A DNA stretch of 64,000 nucleotides from Candidatus Latescibacterota bacterium. Lineage in GTDB: Bacteria; Latescibacterota; UBA2968; GCA-2709665. The notes below the pieces were generated by a model, which was not told where the DNA came from, searched no databases, and saw only the letters and a list, made by a program, of their open reading frames with translations. The position numbers and the translations under genes were made by a program. The DNA lies in assembly GCA_965237675.1 (NCBI GenBank), contig OZ250150.1:4928001-4992000 (forward strand). Reading direction: 5' to 3'. Below, piece by piece: positions 1 to 9,738 of the stretch (positions within the stretch are counted from its first letter, which is position 1; each line of letters starts with the position of its first letter).

Positions 1-1
1 T

Positions 2-511
2 CGGCAGAAATACATCCCGACAGAAATTGTGCTGATTTCCAAAGACGACAACCTTAAGATCGCCGTTCGAGCCATGAAAGACGGCGCTCACGATATCCTC
101 GGCAAGCCGGTTGAGAAAGACCATCTCGTCTCTCTGGTTCGCGAATTGATCGGACGCCGGCATCTGCCACCACACACGCTTGCGATACGGATGGATGCGT
201 TTCTGAAAGAACGCATTTCGGATCCTTCGCTGCATCGAGGCGATCTCTGCAGGCACTTCAATGTCTCACCGAGCCACGTTTCCAGGCTGTTTCGCGATTT
301 CTTCGAAATGACTTTTCAGGACCGTCGAAGTTATTTCCGGATAGAAAAGGCGAAAGAGATGATGGAAACAAGGCGTGAGCCCCTGTACGTCATTGCCGAA
401 AAATGCGGTTTCAAGAATCAGGTTCGCTTTACGGAGGCCTTTCGCAGACTGGAGGAAATGCCTCCCAGGAAATATCGGCAGAGTCTGGATGCCAATGGGA
501 GAAATGAGTGA
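2..511 (+). CDS. Response regulator, receiver domain + AraC-type HTH (5' truncated by window edge)
   Basis: Frame is open from position 2. Receiver end AVRAMKDGAHDILGKP, then AraC signature (HVSRLF...FRIEKAKEMM...IAEKCGFKNQVRFTEAFRRLEEMPPRKYR). Confidence 0.85.
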   Translation, partial: RQKYIPTEIVLISKDDNLKIAVRAMKDGAHDILGKPVEKDHLVSLVRELIGRRHLPPHTLAIRMDAFLKERISDPSLHRGDLCRHFNVSPSHVSRLFRDFFEMTFQDRRSYFRIEKAKEMMETRREPLYVIAEKCGFKNQVRFTEAFRRLEEMPPRKYRQSLDANGRNE

Positions 512-715
512 CTGACCGATCACGTTAGTGCACATGCGAAAGCATGAACTGAACCCACAAACGGGCGTACACTTCCTGCAGCATTCCAGATGCAATCGAA
601 CCTGCCGTTATTCTCGGTATCTGACAGACCGAATTGAAATCTGAACGCCGTTGTAACACGGATTCAGAGTTTTAGCTGAATGAAGATAAATTGGATTCTC
701 GCTGTATCCGGGCGC

Positions 716-1069
716 CTATCCAATTAATATTCTTGCGGCCCTGCTCATGTAAGCAGGGCCATTGTTATTGGGGCGTGTCAGGTTGGATAGACGGATCCTA
801 ATCCAGTTCCAACACGCCACAGGATTCTCCATTACATCCACAATGGCTCGAGCGAATGTGTCTGCTACCACCCGCAGTTTTCCGGCTACACGCAATGAAC
901 GCCGGCGGTCCTGTTCCCAATCCTTCAAGGTTTGAACGGACACACACGTCAACCGGGCAAATCGAGTCTGAGAATGGCCGATTTTCGCTCTGGTTCCGGC
1001 AATATCAGGCATCGTGACGATACGAGGTTGTTCTGCTCGCCTGTTTTCCCGCAGAACGGATAGATTCAC
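716..1069 (-). pseudogene. Degenerate XRE/HigA-like HTH regulator
   Basis: PDIAGTRAKIGHSQTRFARLTCVSVQTLKDWEQDRR resembles an XRE HTH; flanks look degraded and no partner toxin is seen. Confidence 0.45.
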
Positions 1070-1642
1070 CTGACCGACATCTCTATCCTCCTCGCATATT
1101 TTCGATTTCTACACTGATTGGTCTGAGAATTCTGTCAGGTAAGGTATAGACGACACCATAGCCCGCCTTATCTTCCTCGCCCTATTCCCGCCGCTTGATT
1201 TTTCAAACACCACCCGAGGTTGGACTGACCTGGCGCCCGCAGCGTCGTTGTGATCCGATTAAGCGTGACCGATTTTCCAATCTATTCGCCTTGTCACGCC
1301 GCTGGACCCCGGAGAATTCTCAATTTGCAGCTTGTGGCCAATCGCCGGTAGGGGTTGCATTGTATACCGGCCTTTTTTGCAGCACACCGAAAAGATCATT
1401 AGTAGAATCGAAAGTCTTCACTATTTTACGTTTTAATATAATTATTTTTCGATTAAATTCCAAGGTGTGTTGCCAGACGAGTCCGGACCCATAACGAAAA
1501 GGCATCTGTCGCCTGAATATCCGCATGAGAGGTAACTTCGGACGGATCGGATGATTCTCCGGAAAGCCACCGGCATCAAGTTCACCACTCCATTCTCCGC
1601 ACCCTCTTCAGCATCAACGTACTGTCGAAAGGCGCGCTCCAT

Positions 1643-4600
1643 ATGTTTCCAAAAAAGCAGATGCTGTCAATTGCCACTCTCGCACTGCTGGCATTCATTT
1701 GTCATGCCGCCCTGGGTTCCAACGCCGACGATTCGGCAGCGAAAACGCAAGCGATCACCGCCGTTTCTAATGACGACAGCGCGCCTCTTCCCGACTTTGA
1801 CGGCGATGGCACGGTCGGATTTGGCGATTTCGTGAAATTTTCGGCAAAGTTCGGCTTGAGCCAGGAGGATGACGGATACGACGCGCAGTACGATCTGAAC
1901 GGTGACGGCGAGATCGGTTTCGCGGACTTTGTGATCTTTGCGCAGCACTTCGGTAAAGAGGTCCCTTCGGACGACAGGGCAGTATTGGTTGCGCTCTATG
2001 AGGCGACGGATGGCCCCAACTGGACCAACAGCACGAACTGGCTGAGCGACAAGCCCCTGGCTGAATGGCATGGGGTATCCGTCTCCAACGGCAGGGTCAC
2101 ACACTTGGAGCTTGTAGAGAATCAGTTGAGTGGCCCGATCCCCACCGAGTTGGGCAATCTGTCCAACCTTGCCCACCTGGGTCTTGGGGGGAATCAGTTG
2201 ATTGGCTCGATTCCTACCGAGTTGACCAATCTGTCCAACCTTGCCCACCTGGGTCTTGGGGGGAATCAGTTGATTGGCTCGATTCCTACCGAGTTGACCA
2301 ATCTGTCCAACCTCAAAGAGTTAGATCTTGAACAGAATCGGTTGACGGGACCAATACCGATCGAACTGGGACGTTTGACCAAGCTCACATCGCTGTGGAT
2401 TAACGGTAACCAGTTGACGGGCGAGATTCCCCCCGAGTTGGGCAATCTGGCCAACCTCTGGTCCTTGTCGCTTTACTTGAATCAGTTGACTGGCTCGATC
2501 CCTACCGAGTTGACCAATCTGGTCAACCTCAGGGACCTGAAAATTTGGGGCACTCGGTTGACGGGACCAATACCGAGAGAATTGGGACAGTTGACCAAGC
2601 TCATCCAACTGAATCTTGCTCAGAACTACTTGACGGGAAGGATACCGCCCGAACTGGGGCAACTCACAGACCTAAGGTACTTGAGACTTCAATATAACCA
2701 GCTGACTGGTGAGATACCCCCGGAGCTGGGACAGTTGACCAAGCTCACAGAGTTGGTACTTGGCTACAACCAGCTGACTGGTGAGATACCCCCGGAGCTG
2801 GGACAGTTGACCAAGCTCACCGTCCTGGCACTTGGCTTCAATCCCGGCCTGTCCGGACCCTTACCTACGGAGCTCACGGGTCTCACTCTGGGAGTCTTCC
2901 ACATTGAGGAAACTGAGGTGTGCGTGCCTCGGGCCGTCGAATTCCAGGAATGGCTCAGCAGGTTACCGAGACCACCGGAATCCGGCACCTATTCTCATTG
3001 CCCCGATCCGCAATGGGACGCACTGGCGGCGCTCTACGAGGGGACTAACGGAACGAATTGGAAAAAAAATAAAAACTGGTTGACCCTCGCGCCCCTCGGT
3101 GAATGGTACGGCGTTGCCACCGATGATAGCGGGCGAGTGACCCACTTGAACCTGAGGGGCAACAACCTGAGCGGGCTCCTTCCCTTATCACTGAGCAATC
3201 TGGCCAGCCTGAAAACTCTGAATCTCGCCGCCAACGCCGCACTGTCAGGTCCATTGCCTCAGGGGCTCACGCGTCTGGCCCTCGAGTCCCTTGAAACGGA
3301 AGGAACGCGGCTGTGTGCGCCACCCCGCGCAGAATTCCAGGTGTGGCTAAATGGAATACGGAATACAGACGCTGCCGTGTGTACCGACATGCGACTGGAC
3401 TATTACGCATTGGTCGCGCTGTACAGCGGCACGGATGGACCAAACTGGACTACAGCGACGAACTGGACGAGCGCCGCGCCCCTGGGCGACTGGCACGGCG
3501 TGACCACCGACGCCGGCGGGCGCGTGACTGAATTGTCCCTGAAAGAAAACAACCTGCGAGGGACGATACCGGTTGATATTGAGCAACTCACCAGCCTCGA
3601 ATCGCTGAGTCTTTCCACGAACCAGTTAACCGGCGAGATCCCTGCTGAACTCGGCCAAATGACCAATCTCGAAACGCTGTGGCTTGGATCTAACGGTCTG
3701 ACGGGAGAGATCCCTCCAGAACTGGGCCGGTTGACAAATCTCAGGTCGCTACACCTTCTGAGGAACCGGTTGACCGGTAAGATTCCTCCGGAGCTCGGAC
3801 AGTTGAGAAATCTCTCAGATTTAGACCTATCCGCGAACCCGTTGGATGGCGAGATACCCCAGGAACTGGGGCAACTCAGCAACATGGAAAGGCTGGTTCT
3901 ATGGGGCAATAGTCTGACAGGTGAGATACCCCCGGAACTGGGGCAACTCACCAACCTCAGAATGCTGTGGATTGTCGATAACTTCTCCTTGACGGGCGAG
4001 ATTCCACCGGAACTGGGACAACTCACCAATCTCGAAAGCCTCTGGCTGAACAATAACGACCTGCAGGGCGAGATCCCCCCGGAACTGGGGCGTCTGACCA
4101 ACCTCACGTCGTTGGAGCTTCGGAGAAACCAGCTAAAGGGCAATATCCCACAGGAACTGGAGCAACTCACCAGACTCGCTTCGCTGAATCTCTCCGCAAA
4201 CCAGTTATCGGGCAATATCCCACCGGAACTGGGACAGTTGACTAGTGTCGGCACGCTGATTCTATCCGCAAACCAATTGTCGGGCAATATCCCAACAGAT
4301 CTGGGACGACTCGCCGGACTTACGGAACTGGATCTATCCTCAAACCAGTTATCGGGCAATATCCCGTCAGAACTGGGGCGACTCATCCATCTCAGAAGGC
4401 TGGATCTATCCTCAAACCAGCTATCGGGCAATATCCCGTCAGAACTGGGACAACTCACCCATCTCACATCGTTGAACCTGGGCTTTAACGGCGCCCTGTC
4501 CGGGACCCTCCCCGCCGCCCTCACGGGTCTCACTCTCGAAAATCTGCGGCTGAATGAAACACTCCTGTGTTCACCGCAGGACGCCGAATTCCAGGCGTGG

Positions 4601-6121
4601 CTGAGGGCAATATCGTTCAGCCGCGTGCCGAACTGCGCCCGTTCCGACGAGGCAGCGGCCTACCTGGTGCAGGCCACGCAATCGCTGGAATATCCCGTAC
4701 CCCTGGTGGCCGGCGACGCGGCTCTGCTGCGCGTATTCGTCACGGCGGACGGGAAGGTCGATGCCGCCATGCCGCCCGTTCGGGCGACCTTCTACAGGGA
4801 CGGAGCAGAGGTACACACGGCGAACATCGAGGGCCAGACCACGAACGTCCCCCGGCAGGTCAACGAGGGATCACTGTTGCATTCAGCCAACGCGGTGGTG
4901 CCCGGCTCCGTCGTGATGCCGGGGCTGGAGCTGGTGGTCGAGATCGATCCCGACCAGACCCTGGACTCCGCCCTGGGCATCGCCGCCCGCCTGCCCCGAA
5001 CGGGTCGCACGGCTCTGGACGTGCGGTCCGTGCCGCCCCTTGATCTGACACTCATACCCTTTCTGTGGGAAGAGAATCCGGACAGTTCCGTTTTGTGGCA
5101 AACCCAGCGCTTGTCGTCCGAATCCGACCTGTTCCGGCTGACCCGCGACATTCTGCCGGTGCGCGAGTTCCGTCTGACGGTACATAAGCCGGTATTGACT
5201 TCCGTGGACCCCACGTCCGACAGTGCGCAACACCTCGGGCCCGAAACCGAGTTGATTTACGCCATGGAAGGCGCAAAGGGTTATTATATGGGCATCTTCA
5301 GAAGCGTGGGCGGCAGCGGTTTGAAAGGAATAGCCATATTACCCGGATACACGAGTCAGTCCATCCTCGACGGGAACACTATCGCGCACGAACTGGGCCA
5401 CAACCTGAATCTGTTACACGCCCCGGGATGCGGCGCAGGAGGTCCGGACCCGGAATATCCCTATGAGAACGGGGACATCGGCGCGTGGGGATACGATTTC
5501 GTCAACGAATCGCTGGTGAGCCCCGCAACGTCGGACCTGATGACATACTGCGATCCCCAATGGATCAGCGATTATTCGTTTACCAGGGCCCTTTCCCGCC
5601 GCACTCAGGCCGAGGCCGTGCCGGTGGCGGCGTCCTACACCGCTCCCTCAAAAGGCCTGCTGATGTGGGGCGGCCTGGACGAGAACGAAAAACCCTTCCT
5701 CGAACCTGCCTTCGTGGTCGCCGCCCCGCCCTTCCCACCGCAGCTCGACGGCCCTTACCGGCTCACAGGCGAAGATGAACACGGCAACCACCTGTTCAGC
5801 CTGCCGTTCGGCATGCCTGAACTCGGGTGCGGCGCCAGAGGCGGCGCCTTCGCCTTCATTCTTCCGGTAGAGGCCGATTGGGCGGGCAGGCTGACGCGAA
5901 TTGCGCTTTCGGGACCGGAAGGCGTTTCCATCCTGAATGGCCAGGACGACGCTTCGGCAACACTCCTGCTGGACCGCGGCACGGGAGACGTCCGGGGCAT
6001 CCTGCGGGACTGGCCGGAGGCGGCGGCGAAGCGGCCCGCAGACCGTCTCTTGCCTCGGGAAACGGGACTGGAGGTCCTCACCAGCCACGGCATCCCGGAT
6101 GCGGACTCTTGGGAACGCTGA
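1643..6121 (+). CDS. Secreted protein: dockerin-like tag + plant-type LRR blocks + M66-like zinc metalloprotease
   Basis: Signal peptide; PDFDGDGTVGFGDF...DLNGDGEIGFADF; three LRR blocks each opened by an AL(V/A)ALYxxTxGxNW cap; LxGxIPxELGxLxxLxxLxL repeats; HELGHNLNLLH with DLMTY Met-turn. Confidence 0.9.
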   Translation: MFPKKQMLSIATLALLAFICHAALGSNADDSAAKTQAITAVSNDDSAPLPDFDGDGTVGFGDFVKFSAKFGLSQEDDGYDAQYDLNGDGEIGFADFVIFAQHFGKEVPSDDRAVLVALYEATDGPNWTNSTNWLSDKPLAEWHGVSVSNGRVTHLELVENQLSGPIPTELGNLSNLAHLGLGGNQLIGSIPTELTNLSNLAHLGLGGNQLIGSIPTELTNLSNLKELDLEQNRLTGPIPIELGRLTKLTSLWINGNQLTGEIPPELGNLANLWSLSLYLNQLTGSIPTELTNLVNLRDLKIWGTRLTGPIPRELGQLTKLIQLNLAQNYLTGRIPPELGQLTDLRYLRLQYNQLTGEIPPELGQLTKLTELVLGYNQLTGEIPPELGQLTKLTVLALGFNPGLSGPLPTELTGLTLGVFHIEETEVCVPRAVEFQEWLSRLPRPPESGTYSHCPDPQWDALAALYEGTNGTNWKKNKNWLTLAPLGEWYGVATDDSGRVTHLNLRGNNLSGLLPLSLSNLASLKTLNLAANAALSGPLPQGLTRLALESLETEGTRLCAPPRAEFQVWLNGIRNTDAAVCTDMRLDYYALVALYSGTDGPNWTTATNWTSAAPLGDWHGVTTDAGGRVTELSLKENNLRGTIPVDIEQLTSLESLSLSTNQLTGEIPAELGQMTNLETLWLGSNGLTGEIPPELGRLTNLRSLHLLRNRLTGKIPPELGQLRNLSDLDLSANPLDGEIPQELGQLSNMERLVLWGNSLTGEIPPELGQLTNLRMLWIVDNFSLTGEIPPELGQLTNLESLWLNNNDLQGEIPPELGRLTNLTSLELRRNQLKGNIPQELEQLTRLASLNLSANQLSGNIPPELGQLTSVGTLILSANQLSGNIPTDLGRLAGLTELDLSSNQLSGNIPSELGRLIHLRRLDLSSNQLSGNIPSELGQLTHLTSLNLGFNGALSGTLPAALTGLTLENLRLNETLLCSPQDAEFQAWLRAISFSRVPNCARSDEAAAYLVQATQSLEYPVPLVAGDAALLRVFVTADGKVDAAMPPVRATFYRDGAEVHTANIEGQTTNVPRQVNEGSLLHSANAVVPGSVVMPGLELVVEIDPDQTLDSALGIAARLPRTGRTALDVRSVPPLDLTLIPFLWEENPDSSVLWQTQRLSSESDLFRLTRDILPVREFRLTVHKPVLTSVDPTSDSAQHLGPETELIYAMEGAKGYYMGIFRSVGGSGLKGIAILPGYTSQSILDGNTIAHELGHNLNLLHAPGCGAGGPDPEYPYENGDIGAWGYDFVNESLVSPATSDLMTYCDPQWISDYSFTRALSRRTQAEAVPVAASYTAPSKGLLMWGGLDENEKPFLEPAFVVAAPPFPPQLDGPYRLTGEDEHGNHLFSLPFGMPELGCGARGGAFAFILPVEADWAGRLTRIALSGPEGVSILNGQDDASATLLLDRGTGDVRGILRDWPEAAAKRPADRLLPRETGLEVLTSHGIPDADSWER
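2156..2313 (+). repeat. Perfect 72-bp tandem duplication (one LRR unit)
   Basis: 2156-2227 is identical to 2228-2299, with a partial third copy to 2313. Confidence 0.9.
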
Positions 6122-6358
6122 CGTAGCCCGCCGGAAAGGCTTGCCTTCGAGCAAGGCGATAAGCCCCTGATCCCCCGCTTTACCGCGTCCAGGATCCGGT
6201 ATCGCGCCACGAATTTCCGAATAGGTAGTGTAAAATCAGGTATTGCCCTCACCTGATTTATGAGTTATATAGGCCTCATATTTACGTATTAGTTTTATTT
6301 ATTTATGCCTATATGCAACACTGCGAGCAGAGCAGCGCAGAAGATCCTCCAGGGGCGC

Positions 6359-6970
6359 CGATGACGAAGCAATAGCCGGCGTCCATTCCGCCAACGCTGC
6401 CGAAGCGCCAGGGGGTGAAAACCGAGCAGCTTCCGGCCCCATGTGCGCGCGACTGGAGGTGTTCAACCTCCCGGGCTGGCGCATTGTCGTCGTGGCGGAC
6501 GAAGACCCTGGCGCTCCCTTTCACGCAACGGTGTGGGACGCCACGGATACCGTCCGGGCGGGAATCGGCCTCGCAACGGGTCTTTCTGTCTTGTGCCGCG
6601 GTCGCGGGATTACCGGAACCGACGCCAACCGCTCGCTCCGTAACGCCGGCGCCGTCCGGTGCCCGCGGCCGTAACCCTCGAAAGGAAACCCCCCTGGTCT
6701 TCAATGACAGCGGCCCTGAACGCCATTACTGTAGAAAAATGTGACGGTGACCTCGCATTCTGCCACACAGCGTGATTCTACAATGTCAGGGCCGATGGCC
6801 CATCGCATCTGCGCCCGCACTTCGGGGACGCACGTATGAAGGTGGGGCGGACATTCCTGTCTGCCCGCCTCGACGTCGTTCTGCCGACGTGAAGACCAAA
6901 AGAAGGCGTTCGCCGCCGAAGCAGTACGAGGCGTTATCCATCTCCCACAGCATGCGTAGACACAGGGACG
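6359..6970 (+). repeat. ~610-bp intergenic direct repeat, copy 1
   Basis: Near-identical to 11513-12123. Begins with CGATGACGAAGCAATAG, the last codons of the 11038 lipoprotein gene. Confidence 0.95.
6842..6868. repeat. REP-like palindrome
   Basis: Hairpin GGGCGGACA-TTCC-TGTCTGCCC; second copy at ~11995-12021. Confidence 0.6.
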
Positions 6971-7059
6971 CAAGGGGCCGTGGGAACAGTCCAACAACCC
7001 AACTTGAATTTGTACACCTGGTCTCCACATATTTCTGCCACACGTTCCAGGACGTTGCA

Positions 7060-7142
7060 ATAATCACATCAATTGCAGTCTCTCGATGCGGTTTGATCCT
7101 GGTTAATCACTGTCATCCTGGTTCAGGGAGGATATTCGGATG
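7060..7142 (+). promoter_or_regulatory. Conserved 5' leader/RBS shared by four secreted-protein genes
   Basis: ACATC...GTCTCT...TGC(G/A)GT(T/C)T...CAGGGAGGAT(A/C)T(T/C)CGG-ATG occurs upstream of the ATGs at 7140, 11038, 12401 and 16977. Confidence 0.7.
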
Positions 7143-7647
7143 AAAAGGGTAACGTCGTTCAGCTTTATTCCATTTCTGCTAGCGGCCGTCCTTGTTGTGC
7201 AGGAAAGCCGCGCCCAGGACTACGTCCGCTTGGGACTCCCCGAAGGCGCCATCGCCCGCCTGGGTAAAGGATTTATCAGTGGAGACGTCGCGTATTCGCC
7301 CGACGGCATGCGTCTGGCGGTGTCCAGCAGCATCGGCATCTGGCTCTACGATGCCGGCACGGGCGTCGAAATCGCCCTGCTCACGGGCCATACGGATGAT
7401 GTCACTACCGTGGTGTTTTCGCCGGATGGAAAAACGCTGGCAAGCGGCAGTTGGGACCGTACCGTGCGGTTGTGGGACGTGCACACCGGCAACGCTATAA
7501 CAACCCTTGTAGGACATACGGATGATGTCAACTCGGTGGTGTTTTCGCCGGATGGAAAAACGCTGGCAAGCGGCAGTGAAGACAATACGGTGCGGTTGTG
7601 GGACGTGGATACCGGCAACGCAATAACGACCCTTGAAGGACATACTA

Positions 7648-8898
7648 GTGGTCGATTTCAGAAGTTAGTATCAAGTTAGGCGGCGATTTTGAGTTCGCGG
7701 AGCCTTTCTTCGAGGTCGTTGCGGGTGAATCGCCAGTTGAAGGGTCTGGAAGTTTGGTTGTAGCGGCGCTCAAAACCGAGGATTCGGTCTTCCATTTGCT
7801 TTCTGTCTGCGAGGTCGTTGGGCGTAAGTGCCTTTCTTTGAAGGATAGAGAAGTAGATCTCGATTTGGTTGAGCCAGCTTGCGTGGACGGGAAGATGGAT
7901 GGCGATCAGGTTCGGGTAAGCTTCCGGAGTCGCGCAGGGGAGGTCGACGGGTGATGGGAAGCCCCATTGTCGAGGATCCAGAACACGCGTTCGGCCGAAG
8001 CATACGGCTCCTGCTTCATCACGAGGTCGACCAGAGCCTGAAAGGGTTCGATCCCCGTGGTTTGATCCACACGACCAAAGATTTTTCCGCTTCTGATATC
8101 GAGTGCGGCCAGGTAGGCCACGGTCCCGTGGCGCTTGTAGTCCGACTCACAGTGAATGGGTTTGCCCGGTCCCGGCGGTGAACACGGGAACTCCCGCTCC
8201 AGGATCTGGAGCTGCGATTTCTCGTCCGCACTGAGGACGTAGTCTTTGGGCCCCAGTGGCACGCCCTCATAATCACCTTGATACAGATCCAAAACGGGGC
8301 CCGCTTTTTCCAGAAAGCGCGGATCCTTGACAGAGATCCAGGATCGGTGAAACCAGGGACGAATGGCGTCCTGTTTGAGGAGACGCCACAGCGTGCTCCT
8401 GGAGATCGACACGGTGGACTCCGAACGGATTTCCCGAAGCATCTCTGCGAGGCTGAAGCGGGAAAGCGGGATCTCCCGCACGGCTGGCAATTGGCAGGCG
8501 ATGGCCTTAATTTCAGCGACGCTTTCGGGGGGGAAAAACCGGGGGTCTTCCACTACGAGGCTGATCCAACAGTGAAAAACCCTCAACCGACCAGCGCTTT
8601 CGCCATTTCATCACCGTTCTCGGGTGCACCCCAACGGCTTGAGCCAGCCTCTCGTGCGAGATGTCCGGATGCTCCGACAAGATCACGACCATCTTGGCCC
8701 GGTGAACATGGGAGCTGGGTGCCGTTCGTTGTCGTGCAATCCTACGAGCCTCTGCGATCTCCTCCGTCTCAAACTCGGGTTGATACTTCGGCTTCGGTCC
8801 AGGCATCGGTTACCTCCCAACGCGGTCGGGGAGACAACCTTATTATAAGCACACACCCGGTTCCAGACAACATTATACCTATTTCTGAAATCGACCAC
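7648..8898 (-). mobile_element. IS630-family insertion sequence (1251 bp)
   Basis: 16-bp perfect TIR GTGGTCGATTTCAGAA / TTCTGAAATCGACCAC; duplicated TA (within CTAG) at 7646-7647 and 8899-8900; contains an IS630 transposase. Confidence 0.95.
7676..8806 (-). pseudogene. IS630 transposase split over three frames
   Basis: HTH part MPGPKPK...DQPRSGRPPVF (8806-8513); DDE part with VLSADEK, YKRHGT, WILDNGASH (to 7906); after a 1-nt shift near 7920, AYPNLIAIHLPVHASWLNQIEIYF...KIAA-stop at 7676. Confidence 0.88.
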
Positions 8899-9738
8899 TA
8901 GGGGCGTCAACTCGGTGGTGTTTTCGCCGGATGGAAAAACGCTGGCAAGCGGCAGTTGGGACCGTACCGTGCGGTTGTGGGACGTGGATACCGGCAACGC
9001 TATAACAACCCTTGTAGGACATACGGATTGGGTCTGGTCGGTGGTGTTTTCGCCGGATGGAAAAACGCTGGCAAGCGGCAGTGACGACAATACGGTGCGG
9101 TTGTGGGACGTGCACACCGGCAACGCTATAACAACCCTTGTAGGACATACGGATTGGGTCTTCTCGGTGGTGTTTTCGCCGGATGGGAGCTCACTTGCCA
9201 GTGGCAGTGAGGACGGTACGATTCTGCTGTGGGATATGTCGCCGTATGTCACGCCTTTAACTCACGCTGCCGACTTCGACGGCGACGGATCCGTCGGGTT
9301 CAGCGATTTTCTGATCTTTGCCGGCAGCTTCGGCCAGGGTGCGTGAGGCGCTGGTTCGCCGCATTAGGATTGGTTCGCCGCCTTATCATCAGTTGCACAG
9401 GCTGGTAAGAGTGCGAGGCGCCTGGTGGGGCCCCACAGGGACGAGGCAGGAGGCGAGGTCCTGGTCTGACCTGCATTCAATACGTTGCCGAATGGTGTCG
9501 CGTAAAATGCGCTTCGAAGTTTTCGGCATCAATCACCATGTCACCGTGAAGGTGACAACTCGTGTTCTGTCCCGGAAATAGATTGCCTAAATTCAGCCGC
9601 CGAGGCGCCCGGCTGGCAAGGCGCCTGAGCGAGGCGACCTGCGCAAGGTCGGCGAGCGATGGCAACGCAGCGAGACGGGATGAACCGGCGGCTGAATGGT
9701 GACATATTTCTGGGACGGGACACTAAAGGGAGGCAGCT

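Larger units (their letters stand above)
7140..9346 (+). pseudogene. Secreted WD40 protein with half dockerin tag, interrupted by IS630
   Basis: Joining 7140-7647 to 8901-9346 gives 954 bp in frame (317 aa) and restores [15 protein letters not shown]. Signal peptide, LPEGAIARLGKG cap and five 126-bp WD units. Confidence 0.92.

Noticed and set aside
3403-4533. Long antisense ORFs over LRR, WD40 and core genes (e.g. 3403-4533, 37555-38283, 39880-40707, 46130-47320)
   Set aside because: Shadow frames of repetitive or GC-rich coding sequence; no RBS or recognisable motifs.
6299-7143. Short ORFs within the duplicated spacer (also 11460-12189)
   Set aside because: Starts and stops differ between the copies and no protein family is recognisable; treated as non-coding.
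7386-9240. CRISPR array or DGR template/variable repeat
   Set aside because: The repeats are in-frame 126-, 72- or 66-bp coding units without unique spacers; there is no cas or reverse transcriptase gene, and the differences are not adenine-specific.
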